From assembly GCA_963782055.1 (NCBI GenBank), contig CAWAIF010000003.1, forward strand, positions 1-64,000: DNA of 64,000 nucleotides. The letters are read 5' to 3'. Positions 1-8,920 of the stretch are shown in pieces. The translations under genes and the position numbers were made by a program. This DNA is from an uncultured delta proteobacterium (GTDB lineage: Bacteria > Myxococcota_A > Polyangia > Polyangiales > Polyangiaceae). The first letter of the stretch is position 1. Each line of letters begins with the position of its first letter. The notes below the pieces were generated by a model that made no database searches, had not been told where the DNA came from, and saw only the letters and a program-made list of their open reading frames with translations.

Positions 1-37
1 GCATTTCCTATGCGCCCCTGACGGAGATAGTGAAATA

Positions 38-262
38 GTGACGTACGTGTATGTGTTGCAGCATGCGATCATGCGTGGTGGCGAGGAAGAAGCGAAGTTG
101 ATCGGCGTATATTCGACGCGTGCCTCCGCGGAGCGGGCCATCGAGCGCATGCGCCGTCTCCCCGGATTTTGCGACTATCCGACGGATGCCTTCAACATTG
201 ATCGCTACACTCTGGACGAGGACAACTGGACCGAGGGTTTCGTCGTGATCCCGATAGATTGA
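38..262 (+). CDS. Small hypothetical protein, possibly a polymorphic-toxin immunity protein (island cargo)
   Basis: 74-aa ORF, GTG start with GGAG upstream, lower GC than the rest of the window. KLIGVYST..AERAIER...LPGF.D.P..F.ID.Y.LD...W.EGF pattern recalled from small proteins encoded after toxin C-termini. Confidence 0.6.
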   Translation: MTYVYVLQHAIMRGGEEEAKLIGVYSTRASAERAIERMRRLPGFCDYPTDAFNIDRYTLDEDNWTEGFVVIPID

Positions 263-617
263 GGCGCTTGTTGTGCTGCCGAACGGCGCATCGATCCGTG
301 ATCGGTCAATTGGCGGTGGGGATGATGGCGCAGGCGCGCTCGAAGAGTGAGAGGCGCCGGCGATTTGGGTCGCGCCCATCAGAACGTGCAGGCCGCGCGT
401 AGCGTCTCGCGCTCCTGACCCGACCCCCACGGTCTGAGCGGACGCTCTTCGAAGCCGCCGCGCTCCCAGAAGAGGATCGTGCACCAGTCGAGACCCATGA
501 CAGGGGGTGCGCCCGGGGGCCGCTCGCAGACTCCCGAAGAGCAGTCCGCTGCACGAATCCGACCGAACGGTTGACATCGTGCCGCGAGTCCTCCAGGCTG
601 CCTCGCACGAGGTCGTC

Positions 618-1310
618 ATGGCAGACACCCAGAATCCGCACCCGTCCCCCCTCGCCACCGTGACCAGGCAGCCAGGCGCCTGGCAGGTCCCAGCCATCAC
701 CGACTCGGCGGAGTTCTTCGCGCTCGTCTACGCGCTCGACGCGGCCGCGGTGCAGGTGCCGCCCGCCGTCGCGACGCAGTTCCGGCAGATGATGCCGATC
801 TTCGAGCAGATCGCCTGCGGCGGCAAGGTGTCCCGCGACGTGCTGGCGATGGCCACGGCGGTCGTGCACGCCCTCCACCCGAAGGCGTGGGCGGAGCTCT
901 TGGTGAACATTTTCGATGTGGTGCACCTGGTCCTCCCCCTCGACCCCGAGGAGGCCTGCGACCGCATCCTCGCCCAGCTGGTCGAGGCGTCCGACGTGCC
1001 GCCCCCTGTAGGCAACCCCCCGACCGCGCGCCGCGCGGCAGCGGTCGAGTGCCTCCGTACCTTGCTGGGGCGCGACAGGCATACCGGCGAGCCGCGGTGG
1101 CTCATTGCGAACGTCGACGAGGACCACGGCAACGAGCTCGTCAACGGCTACGGGGCGGCGCGCCGGTTCGCCGAGGCGCTCGGCTACCGCCTCCCGCGGA
1201 ACCGCCACGACGCCGAGCGGACCTGGCTTCCTCCGCTGCCCAGGAAGCCGGCCGCGCTGATCCAGCAGGCCAGGGGCGCCGCGGAGCCCGCGGCGCCGGA
1301 ACGCAGCTAG
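618..1310 (+). CDS. Hypothetical protein within the integrative element
   Basis: ORF 507..1310. More likely ATG at 618 after GAGG; coding-like GC3 bias; same strand as xis/int. Confidence 0.5.
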   Translation: MADTQNPHPSPLATVTRQPGAWQVPAITDSAEFFALVYALDAAAVQVPPAVATQFRQMMPIFEQIACGGKVSRDVLAMATAVVHALHPKAWAELLVNIFDVVHLVLPLDPEEACDRILAQLVEASDVPPPVGNPPTARRAAAVECLRTLLGRDRHTGEPRWLIANVDEDHGNELVNGYGAARRFAEALGYRLPRNRHDAERTWLPPLPRKPAALIQQARGAAEPAAPERS

Positions 1311-1352
1311 CGCGTTTCGGGTCCGCGGACCGGTCGTGCCCTACTGAGGGCC

Positions 1353-1808
1353 GTGACCCTCCCTCGTGCAGGCCTCCCGCGCGCGCCTTCGCTCCACACG
1401 CCGCGCACGACCGCGGCGCCGGTAGACGGCAGGCTTCCGCCCGCCGACGCCGCAACGCTGGAGGCGGAGGGGCACGCGCTGATCGCGCGCGGGCACGCCC
1501 TCCTCGCCGAGGCCGCCCGCATCCGCGCGCAGGGCTCCGCCGTGCACGATGACGCGGACGAGCTGGTTCCGCTCTGCAGGTCGGGCTTGGCCGTTCGTAC
1601 CCGCCGCAAGCTCGAGCGGGAGGGGCGCCTCCCGGTGGTCAAGCTAGGCCGCAGCAAGTTCACGCGGAGGTCCGCCTTGCTGGCCTTGCTCGACGCGACC
1701 ACCGGCGATGGTCCCCGCGCACCAGGTCAGCATCCCTCGACCCCGCAGGAGGCCGCGCGCGCGAGCTACGCCCGGACCGCGGGCTGCAGAGCCGCTCGGA
1801 GCAGCTAG
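1353..1808 (+). CDS. Excisionase-like helix-turn-helix DNA-binding protein (start uncertain)
   Basis: VRTRRKLEREGRLPVVKLGRSKFTRRSALLALL resembles HTH_17/Xis; ends 15 bp before the integrase. Confidence 0.6.
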   Translation: MTLPRAGLPRAPSLHTPRTTAAPVDGRLPPADAATLEAEGHALIARGHALLAEAARIRAQGSAVHDDADELVPLCRSGLAVRTRRKLEREGRLPVVKLGRSKFTRRSALLALLDATTGDGPRAPGQHPSTPQEAARASYARTAGCRAARSS

Positions 1809-1823
1809 ACTGCGAGAGCCCCA

Positions 1824-3101
1824 ATGCCGAAGCCGCGCACCGGAACCATCGAGCCCTTCGTCAACGCCGCCGGAGGTACGTACTACCGCGGCAAGATCCG
1901 GCTCGCCGACGGCTCCCGCGAGCGCGTCGACATCGACGAGCCCTTCTGCTTCGACGCCGCGAGCGCGCGGGAGTTCGTCCGCGAGACGCAGGCGCTCGAG
2001 GACCGCCTCGGCGCGAGGCTCGCGCGCAAGCGCGGCCAGCCCGCCCCCACGACGGTCGAGACCTTCGCAAACTGGGCCGATCGGTGGATCGCGTCGCGCG
2101 AGGAGAAGGGCCTGATGTCGACCCGCGACGACCGCAGCCGCCTCGCTACCCACGTCCACCCGCTCCTCGGCCCCAAGCTCATGGTCGCGATCACCCGGGC
2201 CGACGTCGAGGGTGTCGTGGAGAGCCTGGACGCCAAGGTGCGCGGCGCGAAGATGAGCTGGAAGACCGCCCTCAACGTGTGGGCGACGGTGACGAAGATG
2301 TTCGCCGACGCGCAGAACGCGAAGCAGCGGGACCTGCGCGTCCGCGACGACAACCCCTGCGACCGCGTCGCTCCACCCGACCGGGGCGCGCGCAAGGCGC
2401 AGCAGTTCCTGTACCCGAGCGAGCTCGTCACCCTCGTGAGCTGCGAGCAGGTCCCCTTCGACGTGCGCCGCCTCGTCGCGCTCGCCGTCTACCTCTTCCC
2501 CCGCGCCGCCGAGCTGGAGGCCCTCGACTGGAGCGACGTCGACATGGAGCGTGGCGTGGTCCACATCCACCGCGCCGTCGACCGCGCCCACGGCGGCGAG
2601 AAGGCAACGAAGACCGGGCGCTCCAGGCGCTTCGCCGTCGAGCCGAACATCCTGCCGGTGCTCGCCGCCCTGCACGAGGAGAGCGGCGGCGAGGGCCCCG
2701 TCGTCACGATGCCGCGGATGCGCGATCTCGCGGAGGGCCTACGCAGCTACCTGCGCGTCGCCGGCGTCGACCGCGCCGAGCTCTTCCTCACCGACGCCAC
2801 CCGCAAGGCGCTCCGCTGGCACGACCTGCGCGCGACCGGCTGCACCTGGATGGCCGTGCGCGGCGACGAGCCGCTCCACATCCAGCACCGCGCCGGCCAC
2901 ACCAGCTTCGGCACCACGCAGCTCTACATCCGGCAGGGCGAGGCCATCCGCGATGGCTTCGGGGACGTCTTCCCGCCCCTGCCCATGCTGCTCAGGCGCA
3001 CTGATTGGTCCACGATTGGTCCAAGAAAGACCGCCACCTACGGCTTTCGCCGGGGAAAACTCGCGGAGAGGGCGGGATTCGAACCCGCGGCTGGCTTTTG
3101 A
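1824..3101 (+). CDS. int: Tyrosine recombinase/integrase
   Basis: Catalytic set present: R (FPRAAEL), K (KATKTG), HxxR (WHDLRAT), H (AGH), Y (TTQLY). Adjacent to a tRNA. Confidence 0.93.
   Translation: MPKPRTGTIEPFVNAAGGTYYRGKIRLADGSRERVDIDEPFCFDAASAREFVRETQALEDRLGARLARKRGQPAPTTVETFANWADRWIASREEKGLMSTRDDRSRLATHVHPLLGPKLMVAITRADVEGVVESLDAKVRGAKMSWKTALNVWATVTKMFADAQNAKQRDLRVRDDNPCDRVAPPDRGARKAQQFLYPSELVTLVSCEQVPFDVRRLVALAVYLFPRAAELEALDWSDVDMERGVVHIHRAVDRAHGGEKATKTGRSRRFAVEPNILPVLAALHEESGGEGPVVTMPRMRDLAEGLRSYLRVAGVDRAELFLTDATRKALRWHDLRATGCTWMAVRGDEPLHIQHRAGHTSFGTTQLYIRQGEAIRDGFGDVFPPLPMLLRRTDWSTIGPRKTATYGFRRGKLAERAGFEPAAGF
3003..3023. repeat. 10-bp direct repeat GATTGGTCCA x2 (candidate integrase arm-type sites)
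   Basis: GATTGGTCCA-C-GATTGGTCCA, ~40 bp from the tRNA 3' end. Confidence 0.5.
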
Positions 3102-3151
3102 CCAGCGCTCGCTTAGCAAGCGAGTACCTTCGGCCACTCGGTCACCTCTCC
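3064..3151 (-). tRNA. tRNA-Ser(GCT)
   Basis: Minus strand: GGAGAGG acceptor stem pairs with CCTCTCC plus discriminator G; anticodon arm CTCGC-TTGCTAA-GCGAG; long variable arm; GGTTCGAATCC T-loop. CCA not encoded (reads CGA). Confidence 0.97.
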
Positions 3152-3315
3152 CGGACGACACGCCACGTGCCCTTCGGGCCGTCGGCCGGCCTCCGGCCGG
3201 ACCTCAGGGCGGGGGAAGCTAGCTTGCCGCGCTCCGGCCCGCAAGCCTTCCCAGACGCGTGGGGAGGCGGCAACCCGACGGGATCGCCAGCATGCAGACG
3301 GGCCGCCCGGGGCCG

Positions 3316-3540
3316 CTAGCTGAGGCCGCAGCCCCCGGTGCCGCACATGCCCGAGCCGCAGCCGCCACCGCCGCCGAAGGAGGGGCCGCCCCCGCCGGAC
3401 CTGCCGCCGACGGCGAACGCCGAGAGCTGCTTGTCCACCTCCGCCGAGGCGCAGGAGGGGCACCGGGCGTCGCCCACCTCCCGCACCAGCTCCTCGAACT
3501 CCTGACCACACGCGTTGCAGTGAAAGTCGTACAGCTTCAT
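3316..3540 (-). CDS. FmdB-family zinc-ribbon protein
   Basis: MKLYDFHCNACG...CPSCAS...LSAF with a Gly/Cys-rich tail. Confidence 0.88.
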   Translation of the reverse strand: MKLYDFHCNACGQEFEELVREVGDARCPSCASAEVDKQLSAFAVGGRSGGGGPSFGGGGGCGSGMCGTGGCGLS

Positions 3541-3592
3541 CGGCAAAACCTCTCCGTCGGTCGGAGCCAGCGGCCCCGCGGAAGGATTCGCC

Positions 3593-4795
3593 TCAATCGT
3601 CCGTCATCTCCATCACGCGCGCCTCCAGGCCACGGCCCTTCGTCACGCCGCTGATGCGCACCTGCGCGTTGAGCAGGATCCACAGCGCCTGGCCGATCAC
3701 CGTCTCGGCGTCGGTCTGCTTGCGCTCGATGTAGATGCCCAGATCGCGCCGCTCCTCCTCGTAGTCGATGCGCGTCACGCCGGGGATCGCCCGGATCTGA
3801 TCCATCGGCAGGGCCGGCTGCGCCCGCACCGTCGCGGGATCCGCGCCGCGCGGGGGCCGGCCGATCTTGACGTGGATCTCCTCGCTGGCGGCGGTGAGCT
3901 CGGCGATCGTCCCGGAGGCCACGAGCTTGCCGTGATCCAGGATCGCCGCGCCGTGGCACACCTCCTCCAGCTCCTGCAGGTTGTGGCTGGAGATGACGAC
4001 CGTGCACTTGCCCTTGAGCGACTTGACGAGCTGCCGGATGTCGTAGGCCACGCGCGGGTCGAGGCCGGCTGTCGGCTCGTCCAGGAGCACCACCTCCGGA
4101 TCGCCGAGCAGCGCCTGCGCGAGCGCCACGCGCTTGGCCATGCCGTGGGAGAGGGTGCTGCAGCGCATGTCCCACCAGTCCAGGCCTCCCACGTCGCGCA
4201 GCACCTCCCGCGCGACGCTGATCGCCTTCGTCCCGGGGATGTCCTGCAGGCGCGCCATGTGGATCAGGAACTCGCCCACGCGGTCCAGCGGGGGGAGCAG
4301 CGCGTCCTGCGGGAGCACGCCGATGCGGCCGCGCAGGGAGTCCACGTTGCGCGTGGAGTAGCCGAGCACCTCCACCGAGCCGTGCGTGGGCTCCAGGTAG
4401 CCGGCCATCATGGAGAAGGTCGTCGTCTTGCCGGCGCCGTTCGGCCCGATGAGGCCGTAGATCCAGCCCGCGCGGATGTTGAGGGTGAGGTCGTCGACGG
4501 CGAGCTTGTCGCCGAAGCGCTTGGTCACCTGGTGGATCTTGACCGCCGACTCGTGCGTCTTGCGCTTCTTCTTCTTCGGCTCGTCGTCCTCCACGGCGGC
4601 GGCCTTCGCCTCCGGCTTCTCGGCCTCCGGCTTCTTCTCGTCGGCCTTCTTCTCGTCGGCCTTCTTCTCGTCGGGCGCGTCGGCCGCGGCCTTCTCGCCC
4701 TCGTCCTTGGAGGCCGCCTTCGGCTCGATGGTCTTCTCGCCCTCCTTGGAGGCCGACTCCTTCGGCGACTCGAGCTCTTGCTCCTGGGTCCCCAT
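3593..4795 (-). CDS. ABC transporter ATP-binding protein with a charged low-complexity N-terminus
   Basis: GPNGAGKTT, LSHGMAKR, LLDEPTAGLD, SSH motifs. Confidence 0.92.
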   Translation of the reverse strand: MGTQEQELESPKESASKEGEKTIEPKAASKDEGEKAAADAPDEKKADEKKADEKKPEAEKPEAKAAAVEDDEPKKKKRKTHESAVKIHQVTKRFGDKLAVDDLTLNIRAGWIYGLIGPNGAGKTTTFSMMAGYLEPTHGSVEVLGYSTRNVDSLRGRIGVLPQDALLPPLDRVGEFLIHMARLQDIPGTKAISVAREVLRDVGGLDWWDMRCSTLSHGMAKRVALAQALLGDPEVVLLDEPTAGLDPRVAYDIRQLVKSLKGKCTVVISSHNLQELEEVCHGAAILDHGKLVASGTIAELTAASEEIHVKIGRPPRGADPATVRAQPALPMDQIRAIPGVTRIDYEEERRDLGIYIERKQTDAETVIGQALWILLNAQVRISGVTKGRGLEARVMEMTDD

Positions 4796-4796
4796 C

Positions 4797-5702
4797 TCAG
4801 ACGTCCTTCTTGGCGAAGAGCAGCGTCGCCAGCCCCACGAAGACGATCATGTACGCCAGGCACGCCGCGAGCCCCGCGCCCACGTGGCCCGGGTGAGCGG
4901 AGAGCAGCAGGTCCTCGTAGGTGTTCGGGTAGAGGTACTGGTACCAGGACGGCGCCGCGAGGACCGGGAAGTCCCCGCCGCCCCCGTGCTTCATGTCGGA
5001 GAGCTGCCGCCCGAACTCCGCCGCGTGGATCACCCAGCCGATCGCCTCCACCACCCAGAGCATGAAGAAGGTGCCGAAGGTGGCGAGCAGCGCGAGGAAG
5101 GGCGTCTTGAAGCGCGAGCTGATGAGCACCGCGAGCGCCGCCCAGGCCCCGACGATCAGCACCGAGATGAGCCAGAAGCGCGAGCCCCACGAGAGGAGCC
5201 CGCCGAAGGTGACGTAGCCACGGATGAGCACCGCGAGGCCGCTCAGGGTGAGGAGCGTCAGCGTGATGATGCTCACCAGCGCCCAGAGGCCGAAGAACTT
5301 GCCGAGCAGGAGCGACCAGCGCCGCGTGCGCACCGTCCAGAAGCGGATGCTCCTGTGCTGCACGTCCCCCGCCACCGCGTCGAACCCCAGGATGGCGACC
5401 AGCAGCGGGCCGATCCACACCATCACCATCAGGAAGTTGTTGAGCGCCATCGGCGCGTGGCTCAGGTACTGGGCCGTCTGCGGGTCGTAGCCGGTGGTGC
5501 GCAGGTACTTCTCGTAGACCGTCGGCCAGTCGCCCGCGCCGCTCAGGTTCTCGCGAAGGACCGACTCCTGGAAGATGCTGATGAGGGCGGCCACTCCGGC
5601 CACCAGCAGCGTCAGCACGCCCAGGATGATGCCCTTCATGCTCCGGATGCTCTTCCGGAGCTCCCGTTTGACCACGAGGCTCACTTCGGCAGCAGGACTC
5701 AC
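4797..5702 (-). CDS. ABC-2 type transporter permease
   Basis: Multiple TM segments, GFDAVAGD...RRWSLLLGKF. GTG at 5702 after GGAGG; 1 bp from the ATPase gene. Confidence 0.85.
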   Translation of the reverse strand: MSPAAEVSLVVKRELRKSIRSMKGIILGVLTLLVAGVAALISIFQESVLRENLSGAGDWPTVYEKYLRTTGYDPQTAQYLSHAPMALNNFLMVMVWIGPLLVAILGFDAVAGDVQHRSIRFWTVRTRRWSLLLGKFFGLWALVSIITLTLLTLSGLAVLIRGYVTFGGLLSWGSRFWLISVLIVGAWAALAVLISSRFKTPFLALLATFGTFFMLWVVEAIGWVIHAAEFGRQLSDMKHGGGGDFPVLAAPSWYQYLYPNTYEDLLLSAHPGHVGAGLAACLAYMIVFVGLATLLFAKKDV

Positions 5703-5872
5703 GGCGATTCCTCCGGTCGGTATACGTCGGCGACCGGCTTGGTACCCCCGGCCCCGCCACCGCGCAACTGGTAAGGCGGCAAAAGCCTTCCCCGAGGGGA
5801 GAAAACCAGCCACGCAGGGCTTGCTTTCCGCCTGCATCGGGGCCACTGTCCCTCGTGGCTCCGGCCGCATGT

Positions 5873-5950
5873 GGCCCTGTCGACCCGGAAACGTGAACCC
5901 CGCCAGGCCCGAGAGGGAGCAACGGTAGCGCGGAAGGGTGTGACGGGGCC
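5873..5950 (+). ncRNA. ffs: Signal recognition particle RNA (small 4.5S type)
   Basis: S-domain core GAACCCCGCCAGGCCC-GAGA-GGGAGCAACGGTAG with a GNRA loop; closing stem GGCCCTGTC/GACGGGGCC. Confidence 0.85.
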
Positions 5951-6226
5951 TTTCCCTATTTTGCGCCCGGGATCTTTCCCTGCTGGCGCGGGGCGGGACT
6001 TTCCGCTAAGCAAGGCAGAAGGGCGCTCGCAGAGGTCGAACCTCGAGCGAACCGGGGGCTTTGCCCTCGCGCCCAAAGTTCTCGCCTCCCTTCGCGGAGG
6101 CTTCTCTTCTCCGGGCCGCGCCGGCCCGTTTCCCGGCGCCGGCCCACAGCCCACACGAGCCGCACGACCCCCGAGCCACACGGCGCCGGGGGACGCGCAC
6201 CGGTGGGCGGGAAAGCTCCCCTCCAC

Positions 6227-8353
6227 ATGTCCAAGAATCTGCTCGTCGTCAGCGTCGACGTTCGCGAAACCCGCGTAGCCCTCATCGAAGACGGCATCAT
6301 CGCCGAGCTGCACATCGAGCGGCGCGGCTCCAATGCTCAGCCGGCCACGGTGGGCACCGTCTACCTGGGCAGAGTGACCCGGGTGCTCCCCGGCCTGCAA
6401 GCCGCCTTCATCGACATCGGTCAGGAGCGCGCCGCCTTCCTCCACGTCGAGGATCTCATCCGACCGGCCGACTTCGATGCCTACCTCCAGGGTGGTCGCA
6501 AGCACGCCCGTGACAAGGAGGCAGGACCGGAGGCCGAGGCCGAGGAGGCGCCGGAGGTCACCGGAAACGAGGAGCTCGACGCCGAGACGGAGGCCGAGAT
6601 CGAGGCCGCGCCCCCGCCACCCCCCGAGGTGAGCGAGGACGAGCTGATCGGCGAGGAGCCGGAGGAGGCGGAGACGGCCGAGGCCACGGCCGAAGTCGAA
6701 GCCGAGTCGGGCCCGGCCGAAGAAGAGGAGGCCGAGACCCCCGCGCCGCCGTCAGCCTCCGACGAGGAGCTGGACGCCGGAGAGGTCTCGGAGCCGTGGC
6801 TGCCCGAGGCCACCTCGCAGCCTGCCCTCGCCGAGGTCACCTCGCAGCCCGCCCTGGAGGGTCCGCCCGCGCTCGAGGCCGCCGCGCTCGCGGCCGCCCC
6901 GGCCGCTGCCGGCGAGGACTTCGACCTGGGCGGCCTGCCCGGCTTCACCGTCAGCGAGCCCGGCGAGCCGGTCCCGCGCGCCGCAGCGCGCGAGCGCGGT
7001 GGGGATCGTCGCCGCCGTCGCGGCCGTGGTCGTGGGGGCCGTCCGGGCGAGCGCGGCGAGCGCGGCGAGCGCGGTGAGCGCGGCGGCCGCTCGCGCGAGC
7101 GCGGCGATCGAGCCAACGGCCACGCCCCCTCGCGCATCTCCAAGTCCACGCCCATCCGGGAGGTGGTCAAGGAGGGCCAGGAGATCATCGTCCAGGTCTC
7201 CAAGGATCCCATCGGCACCAAGGGCGCGCGCTGCACCAGCCACATCTCGCTGCCCGGCCGCTACGTCGTCTACCTGCCGACCGTCGAGCACGTCGGCATC
7301 TCCAAGCGCATCGGCTCCGACAAGGAGCGCTCGCGCCTGCGCGACGCCATCGACAGCATGAAGCCGCCGAGCGGCGGCCTCATCGTCCGCACCCTCGCGG
7401 AGGGCCTCACCAAGAAGCAGCTCAAGCAAGACGTCGGCTACCTCGTGCGCCTCTGGGGGGAGATCGCCAAGAAGCGCGAGACGGCCCGCTCCCCGGAGGT
7501 CCTGATGAGCGAGCTGGACCTCGTCCTCAAGACCGCGCGCGATCTCTTCACCGACGAGGTCGAGAAGATCGTCATCGACGACCGCCAGCAGCACGAGCGC
7601 CTGTGCCGCTTCGTCGAGATGTTCGCCCCCGATCGCGTGAAGGACATCGAGCTCTACGAGGACGACGAGCCCATCTTCGACGCCTACGGCATCGAGGACG
7701 AGATCGGCCGCGCCCTCTCGCGCAAGGTCCCGCTCCCCTCCGGCGGCTACCTGATCATCGATCAGGCCGAGGCCCTCACCGCGATCGACGTCAACACCGG
7801 TCGCTTCGTGGGCAAGGGCAGCAAGGACATGGAGGAGACGATCCTCAAGACCAACATCGAGGCGGTGCACGAGATCGCCTACCAGCTGCGCTTCCGCAAC
7901 ATCGGCGGGCTCATCATCCTCGACCTGATCGACATGGAGCGCGCGCAGAACCGCGAGAAGGTGCGCCGCACGCTGGAGGAGCTGCTCCAGAAGGACAAGG
8001 CGAAGACCACGCTGAACCGCATCAGCGATCTCGGCCTCATCGAGATGACGCGCAAGCGCACGCGAGAGAGCCTCGGGCGCATGCTGCACGAGCCGTGCTT
8101 CTACTGCGACGGCACCGGCCAGCTGCAGTCCAAGGAGACGATCGCCTACGAGATCCTGCGGGAGATCCGCCGCAAGAAGGCGGACCTGCCCGGCTACACC
8201 ATCGTCGTCAACGCGCACCCCGCCGTGGCGGACCTGCTCAGCGGGCCGGAGAAGGAAGCCGTGGCCGCGGCGGAGAACAAGTTCATGCGCAAGATCATGG
8301 TGGTGCCGCGCAAGGAGTACCACCTGGAGCAGTTCGACATTCAGGGGAAGTAG
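6227..8353 (+). CDS. Rne/Rng family ribonuclease (RNase E/G) with a large insertion in the S1 region
   Basis: GRVTRVLPGLQAAFIDIG, QVSKDPIGTKGAR, TAIDVNTG, RNIGGLIILDLIDM, CFYCDGTG Zn-link. Confidence 0.95.
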   Translation: MSKNLLVVSVDVRETRVALIEDGIIAELHIERRGSNAQPATVGTVYLGRVTRVLPGLQAAFIDIGQERAAFLHVEDLIRPADFDAYLQGGRKHARDKEAGPEAEAEEAPEVTGNEELDAETEAEIEAAPPPPPEVSEDELIGEEPEEAETAEATAEVEAESGPAEEEEAETPAPPSASDEELDAGEVSEPWLPEATSQPALAEVTSQPALEGPPALEAAALAAAPAAAGEDFDLGGLPGFTVSEPGEPVPRAAARERGGDRRRRRGRGRGGRPGERGERGERGERGGRSRERGDRANGHAPSRISKSTPIREVVKEGQEIIVQVSKDPIGTKGARCTSHISLPGRYVVYLPTVEHVGISKRIGSDKERSRLRDAIDSMKPPSGGLIVRTLAEGLTKKQLKQDVGYLVRLWGEIAKKRETARSPEVLMSELDLVLKTARDLFTDEVEKIVIDDRQQHERLCRFVEMFAPDRVKDIELYEDDEPIFDAYGIEDEIGRALSRKVPLPSGGYLIIDQAEALTAIDVNTGRFVGKGSKDMEETILKTNIEAVHEIAYQLRFRNIGGLIILDLIDMERAQNREKVRRTLEELLQKDKAKTTLNRISDLGLIEMTRKRTRESLGRMLHEPCFYCDGTGQLQSKETIAYEILREIRRKKADLPGYTIVVNAHPAVADLLSGPEKEAVAAAENKFMRKIMVVPRKEYHLEQFDIQGK

Positions 8354-8382
8354 TCCGACCGCGCCGTCGTAAGCTGCGACGT

Positions 8383-8814
8383 ATGCGCCTGCGTCGTACC
8401 GTCATGCTGCTCCTCGGGGGCGTCGCCGCGTGTTACGCGGTCCACGTCGACGAGACGCAGGTCCGGGCGATCACGGCGGAGGACATGGACTGCGACGAGG
8501 CGCTCATCACGCTGGAGAACGTCGACTCCAGTGACACCCACGTGGCGCGCTACGTCGTGCGGGGCTGCGGGAGCACGCGCACCTACGACTGCGAGCGCGA
8601 GGACGATGGGCACGTCGCGTGCGCGGTGGAGACCCACAGAAGCGGGAGCGACGCGCCGGTCGATCCGGTGACGGCGACCGCGTCCGCCGGCGCCGCCGCC
8701 GCGGCGGGCTGCGCCTGCGCGAGCCTGTTCGCCGGCAAGTCGGGGGACAGCTCCGACGATGGCTCGGGGGGCGGCTCCAACCCGAGCTCCACCACCCCGG
8801 CGAGCAACCACTAG
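8383..8814 (+). CDS. Small Cys-containing putative lipoprotein
   Basis: MRLRRTVMLLLGGVAAC lipobox-like N-terminus; VRGCG..RTYDC pattern. Confidence 0.65.
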   Translation: MRLRRTVMLLLGGVAACYAVHVDETQVRAITAEDMDCDEALITLENVDSSDTHVARYVVRGCGSTRTYDCEREDDGHVACAVETHRSGSDAPVDPVTATASAGAAAAAGCACASLFAGKSGDSSDDGSGGGSNPSSTTPASNH

Positions 8815-8920
8815 CCTGGCTCCGGGCGGATCGCACCAACCGCGGTCGCCCCGGCTTGTCTGTCCGGGAGATCCTTCCGCGGGCTTGCGCGTTTCCATGG
8901 AGGGAAAGGACCCGAAAGCC

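Larger units (their letters stand above)
1..3101. mobile_element. Right end of an integrative element/prophage-like island at tRNA-Ser(GCT); continues beyond the window start
   Basis: xis-like and int genes abut the tRNA 3' end; lower-GC cargo at 1-500. The other att copy is not in the window. Confidence 0.75.

Noticed and set aside
3064..3151. tRNA-Sec or pseudo-tRNA
   Set aside because: Anticodon GCT, normal 7-bp acceptor stem and serine-type variable arm; a missing encoded CCA is common.
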